Under the pieces are notes generated by a model, which saw only the letters and a program-made list of their open reading frames with translations, made no database searches and had not been told where the DNA came from. From Candidatus Latescibacterota bacterium (GTDB lineage: Bacteria; Latescibacterota; UBA2968; UBA8231), in the NCBI GenBank assembly GCA_965261395.1, contig OZ253462.1:3808001-3872000 (forward strand): a stretch of DNA of 64,000 bases, in the 5' to 3' direction. Positions 19,805 through 28,608 of the stretch are shown piece by piece; the stretch's first letter is position 1, and each line of letters begins with the position of its first letter. A program made the position numbers and the translations under genes.

Positions 19805-20128
19805 ATGGTAACTATAACGGAAGCTGCGGCTGAGAAGATTAGGGATTTGCTCGGCGAACAGGGCAACGAGGGGCACGGGTTGCGCATGGGCGTGATGGGT
19901 GGGGGGTGTTCGGGGTTCCAGTACAAGCTGGATTTCGAGCAAAGTGCCGGCGACATGGACCACGTCTTTGATATCTCCGGCGTCAAGATCATCATCGACA
20001 TGAAGAGCAGTCTCTATCTCAGCGGCGTGACGCTCGACTACCACGACGGGCTGATGGGGGCGGGTTTTAAGATCGAAAATCCCAACGCCCGCACTACCTG
20101 TGGATGCGGTGAGTCCTTCAGCGCCTGA
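19805..20128 (+). CDS. iscA: A-type Fe-S carrier (IscA/ErpA/HesB family)
   Basis: GGGCSGFQY and NPNARTTCGCGESF motifs. Confidence 0.93.
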   Translation: MVTITEAAAEKIRDLLGEQGNEGHGLRMGVMGGGCSGFQYKLDFEQSAGDMDHVFDISGVKIIIDMKSSLYLSGVTLDYHDGLMGAGFKIENPNARTTCGCGESFSA

Positions 20129-20138
20129 GCGACGGGCC

Positions 20139-21311
20139 GTGCAGATCCCAGTCTATATGGACAACATGGCCACCACGCCGGTTGATCCGCGCGTCTTGGC
20201 AGACATGTTGCCGTACTTCGGCACGCACTTCGGCAATGCGGCCAGCAAGACCCACGCCTTTGGTTTAGCAGCCGCCGACGCCGTTGAGAGGGCACGAGAA
20301 GAGGTGGCTGGGTTGATCGGCGCGCGTGCTCAGGAGATCGTCTTTACGGCCGGAGCTACAGAGGCCAACAATTTGGCTATAAAAGGCACGGTTCAGATGG
20401 CACCCCTTGGGGCGCATATCGTCACCTGTGCCATTGAGCATAAGGCCGTCTTGGAGTGTTGCCACACCTTGGAGAAGCAAGGGGTGGAGGTTACTTATTT
20501 GCCCGTGGACCGCGACGGTCAGATTGACCTCGACCAGCTAGCGGCGGCAATCACGCCGCGGACGGTCCTCATCTCGCTCATGGCCGCCAACAACGAGATT
20601 GGGGTCTTGCAGCCGCTGACGGCGATTGGGCGGCTAGCCCGCGAGCGCGGCGTCTTGTGGCACTGCGACGCAGCTCAAGCCGTCGGCAAGGTGCCGCTCG
20701 ATGTGGAAGCGCTCGGCATCGACCTGCTCTCGGCCTCCGGTCACAAGCTCTACGCTCCTAAGGGCGTCGGCTTTCTCTACGTGCGCTCGCGCAAGCCGCG
20801 CGTGCGTTTGCAGGCTCAAGTCGAAGGTGGCGGGCAGGAGCGCGGCCTGCGCGGCGGCACCCTCAATGTGCCAGGGATCGTCGGTTTGGGGCGCGCCTGT
20901 CAGTTGGGGCGAGAGGAGATGTCTGCGGAAGCGGCGCGGCTGGTGCAGATGCGGCGGCGGCTATGCGCCGGGTTAGAGGCCGCGATCGGTCCCTTGGGCG
21001 TCAACGGCCATGCGGAAGAGCGCCTGCCGGGCAACCTCAACGTGAGCTTTCCCGGGGTTGACGGCACTGAACTACTCTTGGGATTGCGCGAGATCGCGCT
21101 GTCTTCGGGCGCGGCCTGCTCATCGCGGACGGGTGCGCCCTCACACGTCCTCAGAGCCATCGGCGCAAGCGACGATTTGGCGCGGGCCTCCCTGCGCTTT
21201 GGGTTGGGGCGTTTTAATACTATGGCAGAAGTGGAGTTTGCCATCGACCGCACAGCCGCGCAGGTTGCGCGCTTGCGCGACGGTGCATTAGCAATCGAGG
21301 AGAGAGTATGA
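20139..21311 (+). CDS. iscS: Cysteine desulfurase, group I
   Basis: YMDNMATTP, SGHKLYAPKGVG, GGGQERGLRGGTLN and SSGAACSS motifs; GTG start at 20139 chosen. Confidence 0.93.
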   Translation: MQIPVYMDNMATTPVDPRVLADMLPYFGTHFGNAASKTHAFGLAAADAVERAREEVAGLIGARAQEIVFTAGATEANNLAIKGTVQMAPLGAHIVTCAIEHKAVLECCHTLEKQGVEVTYLPVDRDGQIDLDQLAAAITPRTVLISLMAANNEIGVLQPLTAIGRLARERGVLWHCDAAQAVGKVPLDVEALGIDLLSASGHKLYAPKGVGFLYVRSRKPRVRLQAQVEGGGQERGLRGGTLNVPGIVGLGRACQLGREEMSAEAARLVQMRRRLCAGLEAAIGPLGVNGHAEERLPGNLNVSFPGVDGTELLLGLREIALSSGAACSSRTGAPSHVLRAIGASDDLARASLRFGLGRFNTMAEVEFAIDRTAAQVARLRDGALAIEERV

Positions 21312-22495
21312 CTGTTACATCCAATCAGCTACTAGAGCGCGTAAAGGCCGAAATCGCCGAAGTGCCCCCGGCCGCGGTCCAAGCGGCCCGCCAAGCCGGC
21401 CGGCCGGTTCACATCGTAGATGTGCGCGAGCGGGAAGAGGTCATGGACGGCTATATCCCTGGGGCCGATTTGATCCCACGCGGTTTTTTGGAACTCAACA
21501 TCGAGGAAGACGTGACCGTAGATCGCGACGCGGAAATCGTGCTCTATTGCGCCGGGGGCAACCGCTCGGCCTTGGCGGTGCGCGATTTGGCCTTTATGGG
21601 CTACACCAATGCCAAGTCCATGATCGGCGGTTTCAAAGGCTGGAAGGATGCCGGCTATGCGATCGAGCAGGGCGGCCTGCTCTCCGAAGAGGACTTGCAG
21701 CGCTACGCCCGGCATCTCATTCTGCCCGAAGTCGGGGAGAAGGGGCAGCAGCAGTTGCTCAAGGGGCGGGTGCTGCTGGTAGGGGCGGGTGGCTTGGGTT
21801 GCCCGACGGCCCTCTACTTGGCCGCGGCCGGCGTTGGCAAGATCGGCTTGGTAGATGCCGATGTCGTCGATAAAAGCAACTTGCAGCGGCAAGTGCTTTT
21901 CGGCGAGTCCGATCTCGGTCGGCCCAAAGTCGAGGCCGCCCGCGACCGGCTGCTCGATATCAATCCCGGCATCGAGGTACACACGCACTACGAGCTACTG
22001 ACATCGCACAATATTTTCGAGGTCATGGATGGCTACGACATCGTAGTCAATGGCTGCGACAACTTCCCGACCCGCTATTTGGTCAACGACGCGGCCGTAA
22101 TGCAGAAAAAGCCCGTGGTTGACGGCAGTATTTTTCGCTTTGAGGGCCAAGCCACCGTGTACGTACCCGGGGACGGCCCGTGCTATCGCTGCCTCTATCC
22201 CGAGCCGCCGCCGCCCGGGGAGGTGCCTAGCTGCGCCGAGGGTGGGGTCTTAGGGGTCTTGCCCGGCATCATCGGGTTAGTGCAGGCCACCGAGGTCATC
22301 AAGCTGCTGTTGGGACAGGGCACCTCCTTGGTGGGGAGGGTGATGCTCTACGACGCGATGGAGATGAAATTCCGCGAACTCAAGCTCCGGCGCGACAGTG
22401 AGTGCCCGGTGTGTGGCGACAGCCCGACCGTCACCGAGCTGATTGACTACGAGCAGTTTTGCGGCCTGCCCTCGCATAGCGAGGCCGCGGGTTGA
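21308..22495 (+). CDS. moeB: Rhodanese-MoeB fusion (MoeZ-like sulfur-carrier adenylyltransferase)
   Basis: N-terminal rhodanese (VDVRE, YCAGGNRS); RYARHLILPEVG, VGAGGLG, SNLQRQ, PCYRC and CPVCG motifs; ATGA overlap with iscS. Confidence 0.92.
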   Translation: MTVTSNQLLERVKAEIAEVPPAAVQAARQAGRPVHIVDVREREEVMDGYIPGADLIPRGFLELNIEEDVTVDRDAEIVLYCAGGNRSALAVRDLAFMGYTNAKSMIGGFKGWKDAGYAIEQGGLLSEEDLQRYARHLILPEVGEKGQQQLLKGRVLLVGAGGLGCPTALYLAAAGVGKIGLVDADVVDKSNLQRQVLFGESDLGRPKVEAARDRLLDINPGIEVHTHYELLTSHNIFEVMDGYDIVVNGCDNFPTRYLVNDAAVMQKKPVVDGSIFRFEGQATVYVPGDGPCYRCLYPEPPPPGEVPSCAEGGVLGVLPGIIGLVQATEVIKLLLGQGTSLVGRVMLYDAMEMKFRELKLRRDSECPVCGDSPTVTELIDYEQFCGLPSHSEAAG

Positions 22496-22521
22496 TCTCG
22501 ATTCACAGTTATTATTTGCAC

Positions 22522-22557
22522 GGCGCTCTCTCGCACTAGGGGGAGCGCCTTTTCTTT
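22522..22557 (+). terminator. Rho-independent terminator after the moeZ-like gene
   Basis: GGCGCTC...GAGCGCC stem followed by TTTTCTTT. Confidence 0.7.
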
Positions 22558-22569
22558 GGGGATAATTTG

Positions 22570-23172
22570 ATGGAGGAGACCGGGGCGGGTTTTTTGGCGT
22601 TACCGGATAACCCAGACCGGGACCCGACGTTGGTTTGGCGGGAAGTTTTTGGCAACGACCAGCCGGTGGAGGTCGAAATCGGCATTGGCAAAGGACGCTT
22701 TATTATTGATGCTGCCAGCCGTCAGCCCGCAGTGAATTTCGTTGGGGTCGAATGGGCGGCCAAATACGTGCGCATTGCCCGCCAGCGCACCGCGCGTCGC
22801 AACCTTGGCAACGTGCGGTGCGCACATATGGATGCGCGGGAATTCGTCGAGCTCTTCGTGGCCGCTGCATCGGTGCGGGCCTATCACATCTATTTTCCCG
22901 ATCCCTGGCCCAAGAAGCGGCATCACAAGCGGCGGCTCTTCAATGAGGAATTTCTGCGCGAAGTCGAACGCACTTTGTGCGTGGGTGGTCAGTTATGGCT
23001 GGCCACGGATTACGCCGACTATTTCGACGTCATGCTCGCCGCGTTGGAAACTAGCTCGTGCTTGGTGGAGGCGGATGCCGAGTGGCTTGGGGCGCGGACG
23101 AATTACGAAGACAAGTTTCTCGCGCAGGGCAAGCCGATCTACCGCCGGGTCATGGAGAAGATACCGGCGTAA
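22570..23172 (+). CDS. trmB: tRNA (guanine-N7)-methyltransferase
   Basis: VEIGIGKG, FPDPWPKKRHHKRRL, LATD and TNYEDK motifs. Confidence 0.95.
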   Translation: MEETGAGFLALPDNPDRDPTLVWREVFGNDQPVEVEIGIGKGRFIIDAASRQPAVNFVGVEWAAKYVRIARQRTARRNLGNVRCAHMDAREFVELFVAAASVRAYHIYFPDPWPKKRHHKRRLFNEEFLREVERTLCVGGQLWLATDYADYFDVMLAALETSSCLVEADAEWLGARTNYEDKFLAQGKPIYRRVMEKIPA

Positions 23173-23192
23173 AGGTACCCACTGAGCACGCA

Positions 23193-23227
23193 AAAAGGGG
23201 TTGGCCATCGCATGGCCAACCCCTTTT
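23193..23227. terminator. Bidirectional intrinsic terminator
   Basis: Perfect 16-bp stem AAAAGGGGTTGGCCAT-cgc-ATGGCCAACCCCTTTT. Confidence 0.85.
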
Positions 23228-23373
23228 CTATGTCAAGATGACAGTAGAGGCGATAATTAAAGAGAGCGGGTAGTAATTGGGGTGCACACAAGATAGTGTG
23301 ATATGCACACAAATAAGTGTAATCAATTCTTTAAAATGGCCGTATCTATCTGAAAAATATGGAAAAAATGTGC

Positions 23374-23437
23374 TTGACAGTCCTATTCACATAGGTGTAT
23401 TTTGGAAAGTGGTGGAAAGTGGTGGAAAGTGGTGGAA
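23374..23437 (+). promoter_or_regulatory. dcw promoter with MraZ-binding direct repeats
   Basis: TTGACA at 23374 and TATTTT at 23398, followed by TGGAAAGTGG 10-bp tandem repeats (GTGG boxes at 10-nt period) just upstream of mraZ. Confidence 0.85.
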
Positions 23438-23466
23438 CAGGGATTTTAACCTGACACAGGCATCAA

Positions 23467-23901
23467 ATGGCACAGTTTTTCACAGGGAGACACGAGGTTC
23501 CTGTCGATGACAAGGGAAGGATTTTTGTGCCTGCGGAGTTCCGCAAGAAACTGCCGCCAGAAGCTGACGACACGCTCGTGGTGGTGCGGGGTTTCGACCG
23601 ATGCCTGACGGCCTATCCCCTGCACATTTGGGAAGAGACCGCTCAAAAGCTGTTAGACTTGCCCCAGACCAATCCCGAAGTGAGGGCCTTTATCCGCTCC
23701 ATGCTCTCGCACGCAGCTGAAGTCAAAATGGACCGGCAGGGGCGAATCGGTATTCGGCGAGATCTCTTGAAGCTCGCTAATATCAACGGCCAGATGGTGA
23801 TTATTGGAGTTTTGAACAAGTTGGAGTTTTGGAATCCAGACGACTGCGAGGAGTTCCCGCCCATGGAAGAAGTGGCGGATAGCTTCGATATAAACCTGTA
23901 A
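23467..23901 (+). CDS. mraZ: Transcriptional regulator MraZ
   Basis: VDDKGRIFVPAEFR, MDRQGRI and GVLNKLEFW motifs. Confidence 0.95.
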   Translation: MAQFFTGRHEVPVDDKGRIFVPAEFRKKLPPEADDTLVVVRGFDRCLTAYPLHIWEETAQKLLDLPQTNPEVRAFIRSMLSHAAEVKMDRQGRIGIRRDLLKLANINGQMVIIGVLNKLEFWNPDDCEEFPPMEEVADSFDINL

Positions 23902-23931
23902 AGAATTAAACAATGCTAAACTGGGAACAAC

Positions 23932-24858
23932 ATGGCGTACCACATTCCGGTCATGGTCGAGGAAGTGGTCGCGGGGCTGGTCGCCGATCCGGACGGAGCG
24001 TACGTGGATGCGACGGTCGGCGGCGGCGGCCACAGTTGGGCATTGCTTCAGGCCCTCGGTCCCAAGGGGCGATTGCTCGCAGTGGATCGGGACCAGGAAG
24101 CCGTAGCGGCAGCGCGAGCGAGATTGGCGGCAGATACGAGGGTCGTCGTGCGGCGCGGTCGCTTTGCCGAGTTGAGCGAGTTGCTGGTGCAGGAGGGGAT
24201 CGGGCCGTTGAGCGGAGTCCTGTTCGACTTAGGGGTTTCTTCGCATCAGATAGACGCACCGGTTCGGGGATTCAGCTATCAGGCCGATGGGCCTCTCGAC
24301 ATGCGGATGGAGGCGGAAGTTGGCCCCACGGCCGCCGAATTGATAGCGATGTGCAGCGAGGCCGAACTGACCGAGCTGATTACGCGCTACGGGGAAGAGC
24401 GCGCGGCGCGGCGCATCGCGCGCTCGATCTGCCGACAGCAGCGGCTCGCACCCTTGACCACTACGCAGGCTTTGCGGCAGGCTGTAGCCGCTACACGGCC
24501 CCAGATGCTCAACAAGACGCTGGCGCGCGTGTTCCAAGCGCTGCGCATTGCCGTCAACGACGAGTTGGGGCAGTTGCAGGCGGGGTTGACGGCTGTGGAG
24601 GTGGGGCTGAAGCCCGGCGGCCGGCTGGCCGCCGTGGCCTATCACTCCTTGGAGGATCGGTTGGTCAAGCAGCATCTCGCGGCACTGGTGCGCGGCTGTA
24701 TTTGTCCGCCGCGCATGCCCGTTTGCACCTGCGGGCGGAAACCGTCGTTCAAGCGAGTGGGTCACAAGTTGCAGAAGGCGAGCGAGGCCGAGGTGAAACA
24801 AAATACTCGAGCGCGCAGCGCCGTTTTGAGAATCTACGAAAAAACCGAGGTAGGCTGA
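23932..24858 (+). CDS. rsmH: 16S rRNA m4C1402 methyltransferase
   Basis: HIPVM, DATVGGGGHS, DLGVSSHQID, FQALRIAVNDE, YHSLEDR and RARSA motifs. Confidence 0.96.
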   Translation: MAYHIPVMVEEVVAGLVADPDGAYVDATVGGGGHSWALLQALGPKGRLLAVDRDQEAVAAARARLAADTRVVVRRGRFAELSELLVQEGIGPLSGVLFDLGVSSHQIDAPVRGFSYQADGPLDMRMEAEVGPTAAELIAMCSEAELTELITRYGEERAARRIARSICRQQRLAPLTTTQALRQAVAATRPQMLNKTLARVFQALRIAVNDELGQLQAGLTAVEVGLKPGGRLAAVAYHSLEDRLVKQHLAALVRGCICPPRMPVCTCGRKPSFKRVGHKLQKASEAEVKQNTRARSAVLRIYEKTEVG

Positions 24859-24859
24859 T

Positions 24860-25159
24860 ATGAGCAAAGGTGGAATTTTCTGTGCGAAGTACGTGCTCCT
24901 CATAGGGATACTGGCCGGGGCGGCCCTCTTCCACGTCTGGCAAAAGGTCGAAATGGCCCGGGTGGCCGGCGGTATTAGCACGGCTGAGACGCAAATAGTC
25001 GAACTCGACAGAGAACGCACCCAGCTATTGGCAGCCATCTCGGTGCGGAAAAAATCCGGTTTTGTCGAGAAGGTGGCCTTCGGACAGCTCGGCATGGTCT
25101 ACCCCTCGAAAACGGTGGATAGCATGGGCGGCGCATTGGCGCATTGGGAAGGGGATTGA
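24860..25159 (+). CDS. ftsL: Cell division protein FtsL-like
   Basis: Single TM plus coiled coil ending VEKVAFGQLGMVYP, located between rsmH and ftsI. Confidence 0.8.
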   Translation: MSKGGIFCAKYVLLIGILAGAALFHVWQKVEMARVAGGISTAETQIVELDRERTQLLAAISVRKKSGFVEKVAFGQLGMVYPSKTVDSMGGALAHWEGD

Positions 25160-27123
25160 TGGGACCACGGGTCCACCATACGGGCATTGGTCGGCTGCGC
25201 TGGGTCGTAGTTTTGGGTGCGGTGGCGTGGTTAGGTTTGTCCGCACGCCTCGTCCAAATCCAGATTTTCAGGCACGAGGCGTACAGCGCCGAGGCCCACG
25301 AGCAGTATCTTGCGCGTCGCACCCTGAAAGCGAGTCGGGGTCGGGTCGTAGATCGGCGCGGCAACAACTTGGCCGTGGATGTCCAAGCCACGTCTTTTTA
25401 CGCCAACCCCGAGCAGGTTGAGGAGCCCAAGCGCGTAGCTGCCCACTTCGCGCCCCTGAGCGATAATCGGGCCGAGTCCATCGAGCGCCAATTGCGCGGG
25501 GACAAGCAATTTATCTATCTGGCGCGTCAGGTAGTTGACGCGAACGTGGGCAAGGTCGCGTACGCCGGCGTGTTCCAACACCCGGAGACCCGCCGCCAGT
25601 ACCCCTTGGGGTCGCTGGCCGGCCAACTCATCGGGCACACCAACATCGACAACATCGGCCGCGAGGGGATTGAGCGGGCCTTCGACGACATGCTGCGCGA
25701 AAAGGACGGCTCGATATTGGAATACGTCGATGCGCGGGGCAAGCAAGTGCCCGGGCGGCATCAGCGACGCGAAGAGCCGGAGCATGGCCGCGACCTGATG
25801 CTGACCATCGACGCGGTCTATCAGAGCATTCTAGAGGAAGAGTTGCAACGGGCCATAGACGGCTCAAAGGCCCAAGGAGCTTTGGGCGTCATCATCGCCC
25901 CGCGCAGCGGCGAGGTACTGGCTATGGCCAATCTGCCGCTTTTCGACCCCAATAAGGCGTCTCGCTCATCGCCGGAACTCAGGCGCAACCGCGCAATAAC
26001 TGACGTGTACGAACCGGGTTCAACCTTCAAAATCATCGCGGTCGCCGCCGTCCTTGAAGACAGGCTTGCCAGCCTACACGATCGCGTCTTTTGCGAACAG
26101 GGAATATTCAAGTTAGCCAATGGGGACACGATCCGCGATACTCAGCCCCACGGCGATTTGCTCTTTGCTCAGGTTTTGGAAAAATCGAGTAACATCGGCA
26201 CGATCAAGCTGGCACAGCGGCTGTCGCGGGCCCGTTTTTACGAATACATCCGCAATTTTGGCTTTGCCATTCGCACCGGCATTGACTTGCCGGCGGAAAC
26301 GCCTGGTTTATTGCAGGAGGTCGATGAGTGGTCCAAGCGGTCGCTGGCGACCATTGCTATCGGGCAGGAAATTGGCGTGACCGCCTTACAGCTCGCCATG
26401 GCGTACGGGGCTATTGCCAACGGCGGTGTGCTGATGGTACCGAGGCTCGTCGCCGGAACGATTGGCCCGAAGGGTCAGTTCGACGATCGCGGTGGTCCCC
26501 AACCGATCCGTCGGGTTGTGAGCCGGCAGACGGCAAGGACGCTGAACGAGGTGCTGACCGGAGTCGTGGAAAGGGGTACCGGACAAAAGGCCCGCATCAA
26601 GGGTGTGGCCGTGGCCGGGAAGACGGGCACAGCCCAGCGCGCCGTAGTCGGTGGTAGTGGCTACGACCCCAACGCCAGAATCGCTTCATTCGTCGGATTC
26701 CTACCGGCTAACGATCCTCAGTACGCGTGCGTGATTATGGTCGAAAATCCCCGCGTGAACGGGTGGGGAGGATACGTAGCGGCCCCGGCCTTCCGCCGGG
26801 TGATGGAGCGGATCATCAGCCTGCCCGGCGGCCTGTTGGTCGAGCCGGCGGCCAAACATCCGCAGAAAGAGGAGCCAGCCGTGCCGGACCTGCGCGGCAT
26901 GACCCAAGCGGTCGCCCGCTTTCAGGCAAAGATGCGGGGATTGCCGGTGGCCTTTTCCGGCGCGGGCACCGTGGTCGTCAATCAGTCACCCCTGCCGGGC
27001 CGGGCCGGCCACGTCGAGCAAATTAACTGCATGCTGGGCAATGAGGCCGCCCGTGGCTCGTGGAAAACGCGGCAGGCGCGCTTGGTCGGAAACATTCCAG
27101 CCCAAAGTTCGGGAGGTATTTAG
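25159..27123 (+). CDS. ftsI: Class B penicillin-binding protein FtsI with C-terminal PASTA domain
   Basis: RGRVVDR, EPGSTFK (SxxK), SSN and GKTGTAQ motifs; VPDLRGM...NQSPLPG PASTA. Confidence 0.93.
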   Translation: MGPRVHHTGIGRLRWVVVLGAVAWLGLSARLVQIQIFRHEAYSAEAHEQYLARRTLKASRGRVVDRRGNNLAVDVQATSFYANPEQVEEPKRVAAHFAPLSDNRAESIERQLRGDKQFIYLARQVVDANVGKVAYAGVFQHPETRRQYPLGSLAGQLIGHTNIDNIGREGIERAFDDMLREKDGSILEYVDARGKQVPGRHQRREEPEHGRDLMLTIDAVYQSILEEELQRAIDGSKAQGALGVIIAPRSGEVLAMANLPLFDPNKASRSSPELRRNRAITDVYEPGSTFKIIAVAAVLEDRLASLHDRVFCEQGIFKLANGDTIRDTQPHGDLLFAQVLEKSSNIGTIKLAQRLSRARFYEYIRNFGFAIRTGIDLPAETPGLLQEVDEWSKRSLATIAIGQEIGVTALQLAMAYGAIANGGVLMVPRLVAGTIGPKGQFDDRGGPQPIRRVVSRQTARTLNEVLTGVVERGTGQKARIKGVAVAGKTGTAQRAVVGGSGYDPNARIASFVGFLPANDPQYACVIMVENPRVNGWGGYVAAPAFRRVMERIISLPGGLLVEPAAKHPQKEEPAVPDLRGMTQAVARFQAKMRGLPVAFSGAGTVVVNQSPLPGRAGHVEQINCMLGNEAARGSWKTRQARLVGNIPAQSSGGI

Positions 27124-28608
27124 ATGGAACTAAAATACCTACTCGAAGAGCTACCTGACGCCTGCGTGGAGGGTGACCCAGATATTGATTTAGGGCAGAT
27201 CCGTTGCGATTCGCGCTGTGTGGAGGAAGGCGACTTTTTCGTGGCCGTGCGCGGGGGACAGGAGCAGGACCGACACCGCTTTGTCGACCATGCCATAGCC
27301 CGCGGTGCCCGTGCCGTGATGGTGGAGGAACGGATCGATTGTGCCGGAGCGACCCGGGTACAGGTGGCGGACTGCCGGGCCGCGCTAGCCCGAATGGCGG
27401 CGCGCTTTTACGCCTTTCCTGGACGAGCGCTGCTCAACGTCGGCGTCACTGGCACCAATGGCAAGACCACTACCGCCTTTCTGCTCAGGAGCGCCCTCGA
27501 AGCCGCCGGTTTGCCGTGCGGGTACTTGGGGACTTTGGGATTCTGGGGCGATGGCGAATTGGAGAAGGTGAACAATACTACGCCCGAGGCCGTCCAGCTA
27601 CACGGCTTACTGCGCCGGTTCGTTGATGCCGGCAAGCGAGCAGCCGTGCTAGAAGTGTCTTCCCATGGACTGGCATTAAAGAGGGTGGAGGGCATTCCCT
27701 TCCGGGCGGCGATCTTTACCAATTTGACGCGTGATCACTTGGATTTTCACGGGACTTGGGAGGCGTACTTTGCCGCCAAGGCTCGGCTTTTTGAGGACCT
27801 GCAAGAAGGCGGGATTGCGGTGATTAACGCCGACGACGCCCACGCAGATGAATTGGCCCGCAGGACCCAGGCGCGCGTTGTAACGTACGGCTGTGGCCCG
27901 GAGGCCGAGGTGCGGTTGCAAAGCGCCGATGTTGGCCCGCAGGGAACGCATCTGTGTTTGGACACCCCAGCCGGCCCCATCGAGGTACAGACGCATTTGA
28001 TCGGCCGCTTCAACTACTACAACGCCATGGCCGTCGTGGCCACCGGATTGGCATTGGATTTGGATACCGCGGCTCTGTGCCGTGGCTTGGCCGCCCTAGA
28101 GAGCGTCCCAGGCCGCTGTGAGCAGATCGTCGAGGGGCAGGACTTCGCGGTCGTCGTGGATTACGCCCACACTCCGGACGCGCTGGAAAGGGTTTTGCAC
28201 GCCGCCCGAGACTTGGGGAGCGGCCGTTTGATCTGCGTCTGCGGTTGCGGCGGGGATCGGGACCGAGGCAAGCGGGCTTTGATGGGCCGCGTCGCCGGCG
28301 AGTTGGCCGATTGGACGGTCTTAACCTCGGACAACCCGCGTAGCGAGGACCCACAGCATATCATCGACGAGATGGCTGCTGGCGCGCCCGATAGCAGTGC
28401 GGTACACAGCGAAATTGACCGCGCACAAGCCATTGCCATGGCTCTCGCCGCTGCGCATAGCGGGGATGTCGTGGTAATTGCCGGCAAGGGGCATGAACAG
28501 AAACAGGAACAGGCTGATCGCGTAGTGGCCTTTGACGACCGCGAAGTTGCGCGGCGCGTGCTGAGAGGCTTGCGCGCTGGGGAAAGGCAGCTATCATGCG
28601 CGCCGTGA
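27124..28608 (+). CDS. murE: UDP-MurNAc-dipeptide:meso-DAP ligase
   Basis: GVTGTNGKTT, EVSSHGL, NLTRDHLDFH, DYAHTPD, SDNPR (meso-DAP type) and AGKGHE motifs. Confidence 0.95.
   Translation: MELKYLLEELPDACVEGDPDIDLGQIRCDSRCVEEGDFFVAVRGGQEQDRHRFVDHAIARGARAVMVEERIDCAGATRVQVADCRAALARMAARFYAFPGRALLNVGVTGTNGKTTTAFLLRSALEAAGLPCGYLGTLGFWGDGELEKVNNTTPEAVQLHGLLRRFVDAGKRAAVLEVSSHGLALKRVEGIPFRAAIFTNLTRDHLDFHGTWEAYFAAKARLFEDLQEGGIAVINADDAHADELARRTQARVVTYGCGPEAEVRLQSADVGPQGTHLCLDTPAGPIEVQTHLIGRFNYYNAMAVVATGLALDLDTAALCRGLAALESVPGRCEQIVEGQDFAVVVDYAHTPDALERVLHAARDLGSGRLICVCGCGGDRDRGKRALMGRVAGELADWTVLTSDNPRSEDPQHIIDEMAAGAPDSSAVHSEIDRAQAIAMALAAAHSGDVVVIAGKGHEQKQEQADRVVAFDDREVARRVLRGLRAGERQLSCAP

Noticed and set aside
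23403-23437. 10-bp tandem repeat as a novel element or iteron
   Set aside because: It matches the known MraZ-binding GTGG repeats directly upstream of mraZ
23913-24863. 316-aa alternative-frame ORF over rsmH, and similar long shadows (1549..2355, 17278..18180, 48752..49450, 63494..63973)
   Set aside because: They overlap well-supported genes, carry no recognisable motifs and are expected in high-GC DNA
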